From assembly GCA_001192655.1 (NCBI GenBank), contig BBVC01000060.1, positions 1-16,937 of the forward strand: a stretch of 16,937 nt of DNA. Direction: 5' to 3'. The notes beneath the pieces were generated by a model that was not told the DNA's origin, ran no database searches, and was given only the letters and a program-made list of their open reading frames with translations. The position numbers were made by a program, and so were the translations under genes. This stretch comes from Caedimonas varicaedens (GTDB taxonomy: Bacteria > Pseudomonadota > Alphaproteobacteria > Caedimonadales > Caedimonadaceae). This document shows, in pieces, positions 14,413-16,937 of this stretch (the stretch's first letter is position 1; every line of letters begins with the position of its first letter).

Positions 14413-15600
14413 ATGCGCTATCTTAAAGAATTACCTGTTCAGTTATTAATAACCATATTAACAGCATTAGCTCTTGGTGCTGTCTTTGATAAGTATATAG
14501 TATCATTATTTTATACAATTAGTTCTTTATTTATTGAAATATTAATTTTTATATTACCTTTTATGGTTTTTATATTTATTTTTAGGGCATTAGTTAATAT
14601 TAAGACAGGATCTTTACATTTAATATTACTGATCTTCGGCGGTGTTACTCTTTCCAATTCAATCGCCTTGTTCGTGGCTTATTTTTTTGGATCAACCTTT
14701 CTGCCTTTATTGGAATTAAAACATTGTTGTGATTTTGCTGCGAAATTTAATTCTCATATTACGTCATTGTTGAGTCTGGGGCTGCCAAATATTATCGATA
14801 CGAATAAGGCAATGATCGTCGGAATAGTACTAGGAATCCTTTTTAATTTTATCAAACAAGAAAACAAAATCAAAAAGGGCGTACAGTATTTTTCCATTGT
14901 CTTGAGTGATGGTATTATTTCTTTTTTACAAAAAATATTTATCCCGCTTTTACCTCTCTATGTTTTTGGGTTTTGCCTAAAATTGAGTTATGACCAGTCT
15001 TTAATCCATCTGTTTGAACAATATGGAAAAGTTTTTGCAGCCAGCATGTTTCTCGTCTCTCTCTATATATTCCTTTTGTACTTTATCGGATCCAGGGGAA
15101 ATTTAAAAAAAACCTGTGAAAATTTGAGTATTATGGCTCCTGCAGGATTGACAGGATTTAGTACGATGTCCAGCGCAATGACCATGCCTGTGACCTTAAC
15201 ATGTACAGAAGAAACAACAAAAGATCGTCATTTTACCGATTTAATTATCCCTTCTACTGCCAATATCCATATGTTGGGCGATGATCTTACCATTGTGATG
15301 ACTGCTCTCAGCCTCTTGGCAATTTCTGGCCATTCTCATCCTGACTTACTTACGTTTATCCCGTTTGTCCTTGCCTTTTGTCTTGCCAAACTATCCTGTG
15401 TGGGCATACCCGGTGCCAGTGTCCTCGTTGTTTTACCCGTCTTGCAGAATTTTCTGGGTTTTACGCCTGAAATGATCAGTGTTCTCACAACAATCTATAT
15501 TCTTCAGGACTCCTTTGGTACGGCAGCAAATGTGATGGGAAACGGTGCCTTTGCATTGCTTATACAACGCATCATTTCACCAAAAAAAGCAAACGGCTGA
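14413..15600 (+). CDS. Dicarboxylate/amino acid:cation symporter (DAACS/SLC1) family transporter
   Basis: Polytopic membrane protein with FSTMSSAMTMPVT (the SSSA-T-P-type re-entrant loop motif), GIPGASV, and a YILQDSFGTAANVMGNGAFA C-terminal block. The ORF is open from a TTG at 14407; the ATG at 14413 is preferred. Substrate not assignable. Confidence 0.85.
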   Translation: MRYLKELPVQLLITILTALALGAVFDKYIVSLFYTISSLFIEILIFILPFMVFIFIFRALVNIKTGSLHLILLIFGGVTLSNSIALFVAYFFGSTFLPLLELKHCCDFAAKFNSHITSLLSLGLPNIIDTNKAMIVGIVLGILFNFIKQENKIKKGVQYFSIVLSDGIISFLQKIFIPLLPLYVFGFCLKLSYDQSLIHLFEQYGKVFAASMFLVSLYIFLLYFIGSRGNLKKTCENLSIMAPAGLTGFSTMSSAMTMPVTLTCTEETTKDRHFTDLIIPSTANIHMLGDDLTIVMTALSLLAISGHSHPDLLTFIPFVLAFCLAKLSCVGIPGASVLVVLPVLQNFLGFTPEMISVLTTIYILQDSFGTAANVMGNGAFALLIQRIISPKKANG

Positions 15601-15621
15601 CTTTTCTCAAGAGAGAAAGTC
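15599..15621. terminator. Hairpin between convergent transporter and amn genes
   Basis: GACTTT(T)CTC-aaga-GAGAAAGTC is a 9-bp stem with one bulge. There is no adjacent T-run on the plus strand, and the T7 run on the minus strand is ~10 nt away. Weak. Confidence 0.2.
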
Positions 15622-15641
15622 ATGAGCAAAAATATTCGCTC

Positions 15642-16814
15642 TCAACGAAAAGCAGGTTCATCGAAACCGCGAAGCTTGCGAGAATGCAGGGAATCTATTC
15701 CACGTTCGTAGATAAGCTGAATGGCACGCAATCCAATTTTAAGATGCTGATTCACGCGATCGTTGTAAAAATTATTGGCCATACTCCGAAGCTTTATTTC
15801 TCCATGAATAGGCTTATCGGAAACACATAATAAAGTCCCGTAAGGCACACGAAACCGAAGACCATTCGCAGCAATCGTTGCAGATTCCATATCCAAAGCC
15901 ATTGCACGACTTTGATTAAATCGTTCATAGATTTCCTGGGCGCGAAGCTCCCAATTGCGGTTATCCGTTGTATAAACTGTTCCAGTCCGTATACGTGCTT
16001 TTGCTTCGGATCCATGAAGTCCGGTGACTTCGCTGAACGCTTCCTGTAAGGCAATTTGAACTTCTGCAAGAGGTGGAATGGGAACCCAAAGAGGCAAATC
16101 ATGATCAAGGACACTATCTTCACGCACATAACCATGGGCCAGGACATAATCTCCCAAGCTCTGACTTCGCTTTAAGCCTGCACAATGTCCCAGCATAATC
16201 CAGCAATGGGGGCGAAGCACAGCTAAATGATCTGTTATATTTTTGGCATTTGTAGGACCGATGCCGATATTGATAAAAGTAATGCCATTTTTATCCGCTC
16301 GTTTAAGATGATAGGCCGGCATCTGGGGAAAGGTTGTCAGGGGAGCTCCCTTCTCCGGTATGCTCTTGGACAGGTGAAGATTGGGGATAACAATATCTCC
16401 TGGCTCAACAAAAGCATCATATTCGTCCCCGTTTTGGATCTGATCAAGCCCATAACGAATAAACTCGTCAACATAACGCTGATAATTGGTCAACAGGATA
16501 AAGTTTTGAAAATGCTCGGCAGAGGTTCCCGTATAATGATGAAGCCGATGAAGAGAAAAATCCACACGTTCACCTGAAAATAAGGCCAGAGGTTTAGGGT
16601 TTTGTGGGTTTGTTTTATAAGTATGGTTGACAATTTCATCTGTGATGCGCGTAAGCTTGGGTAACTCAAATTTAAGTTTCAGGTACTCAATGTGTTCGGA
16701 AGTCAACGTAGACGCACTATAGTCAACGACAAAAGAAAGAGGAATGGGCCAATCACTCAATCCGACAAGGATAGGTTTGCGATAACGTTCAATGAGAAGC
16801 GTCAACTGTTCCAA
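15642..16814 (-). CDS. amn: AMP nucleosidase (catalytic domain complete, N-terminal regulatory domain incomplete or interrupted)
   Basis: RVDFSLHRLHHYTGT..EHFQNFILLTNYQRYVDEF, INIGIGPTNAKNITDHLAVLRP, GHCAGL, GDYVLAHGYVRED, RTGTVYTTDNRNWELR, ALDMESATIAANG.RFRVPYGTLLCVSDKPIHGEIK and the C-terminal HSRKLRGFDEPAFR follow E. coli Amn closely, as far as I recall it. The first usable start in the ORF is the TTG at 16814. Amn-like sequence continues in frame to 16931. Confidence 0.9.
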   Translation of the reverse strand: MEQLTLLIERYRKPILVGLSDWPIPLSFVVDYSASTLTSEHIEYLKLKFELPKLTRITDEIVNHTYKTNPQNPKPLALFSGERVDFSLHRLHHYTGTSAEHFQNFILLTNYQRYVDEFIRYGLDQIQNGDEYDAFVEPGDIVIPNLHLSKSIPEKGAPLTTFPQMPAYHLKRADKNGITFINIGIGPTNAKNITDHLAVLRPHCWIMLGHCAGLKRSQSLGDYVLAHGYVREDSVLDHDLPLWVPIPPLAEVQIALQEAFSEVTGLHGSEAKARIRTGTVYTTDNRNWELRAQEIYERFNQSRAMALDMESATIAANGLRFRVPYGTLLCVSDKPIHGEIKLRSMANNFYNDRVNQHLKIGLRAIQLIYERGIDSLHSRKLRGFDEPAFR

Positions 16815-16937
16815 ATAATAAGCTTCAAAGAAATCAGGACGCGTTACGGTAGTTCCATAAAAACCTGGTGCGTCAAAAATGCCATAGGACTGTTTGGGAT
16901 CGATGGTTAAGTCTTCGGGATATATATATAGCTAAAA

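Overview
This is a moderately AT-rich bacterial chromosomal segment of 16.9 kb. The adjacent NDUFA12-like, MlaD and DUF2155 genes (8.2-9.6 kb) suggest an alphaproteobacterium. That, together with the organophosphate:Pi antiporter, the IS debris, the long non-coding gaps and the many exported orphan proteins, suggests a host-associated lifestyle; both points are inference only. Recognisable housekeeping genes are hemB, an OPA-family MFS antiporter, a LysR regulator, the NDUFA12-like/mlaD/DUF2155 cluster, dps overlapping rnhB, a DAACS-family symporter and AMP nucleosidase. Accessory or unknown content is interleaved with them. It comprises a decayed IS5-family transposase at the left edge, two divergent paralogues of an exported protein I cannot assign to a family, a small Cys-rich secreted protein, two more exported orphans, a DUF3800 gene and an ~840 bp region with no convincing gene. 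One of the paralogues carries a ~215-aa cationic Ala/Lys/Gln tail encoded by two near-perfect in-frame tandem repeat arrays. That paralogue pair is the best candidate for something undescribed. I saw no rRNA, tRNA or CRISPR array. All homology calls come from motif recognition by eye, with no database search.
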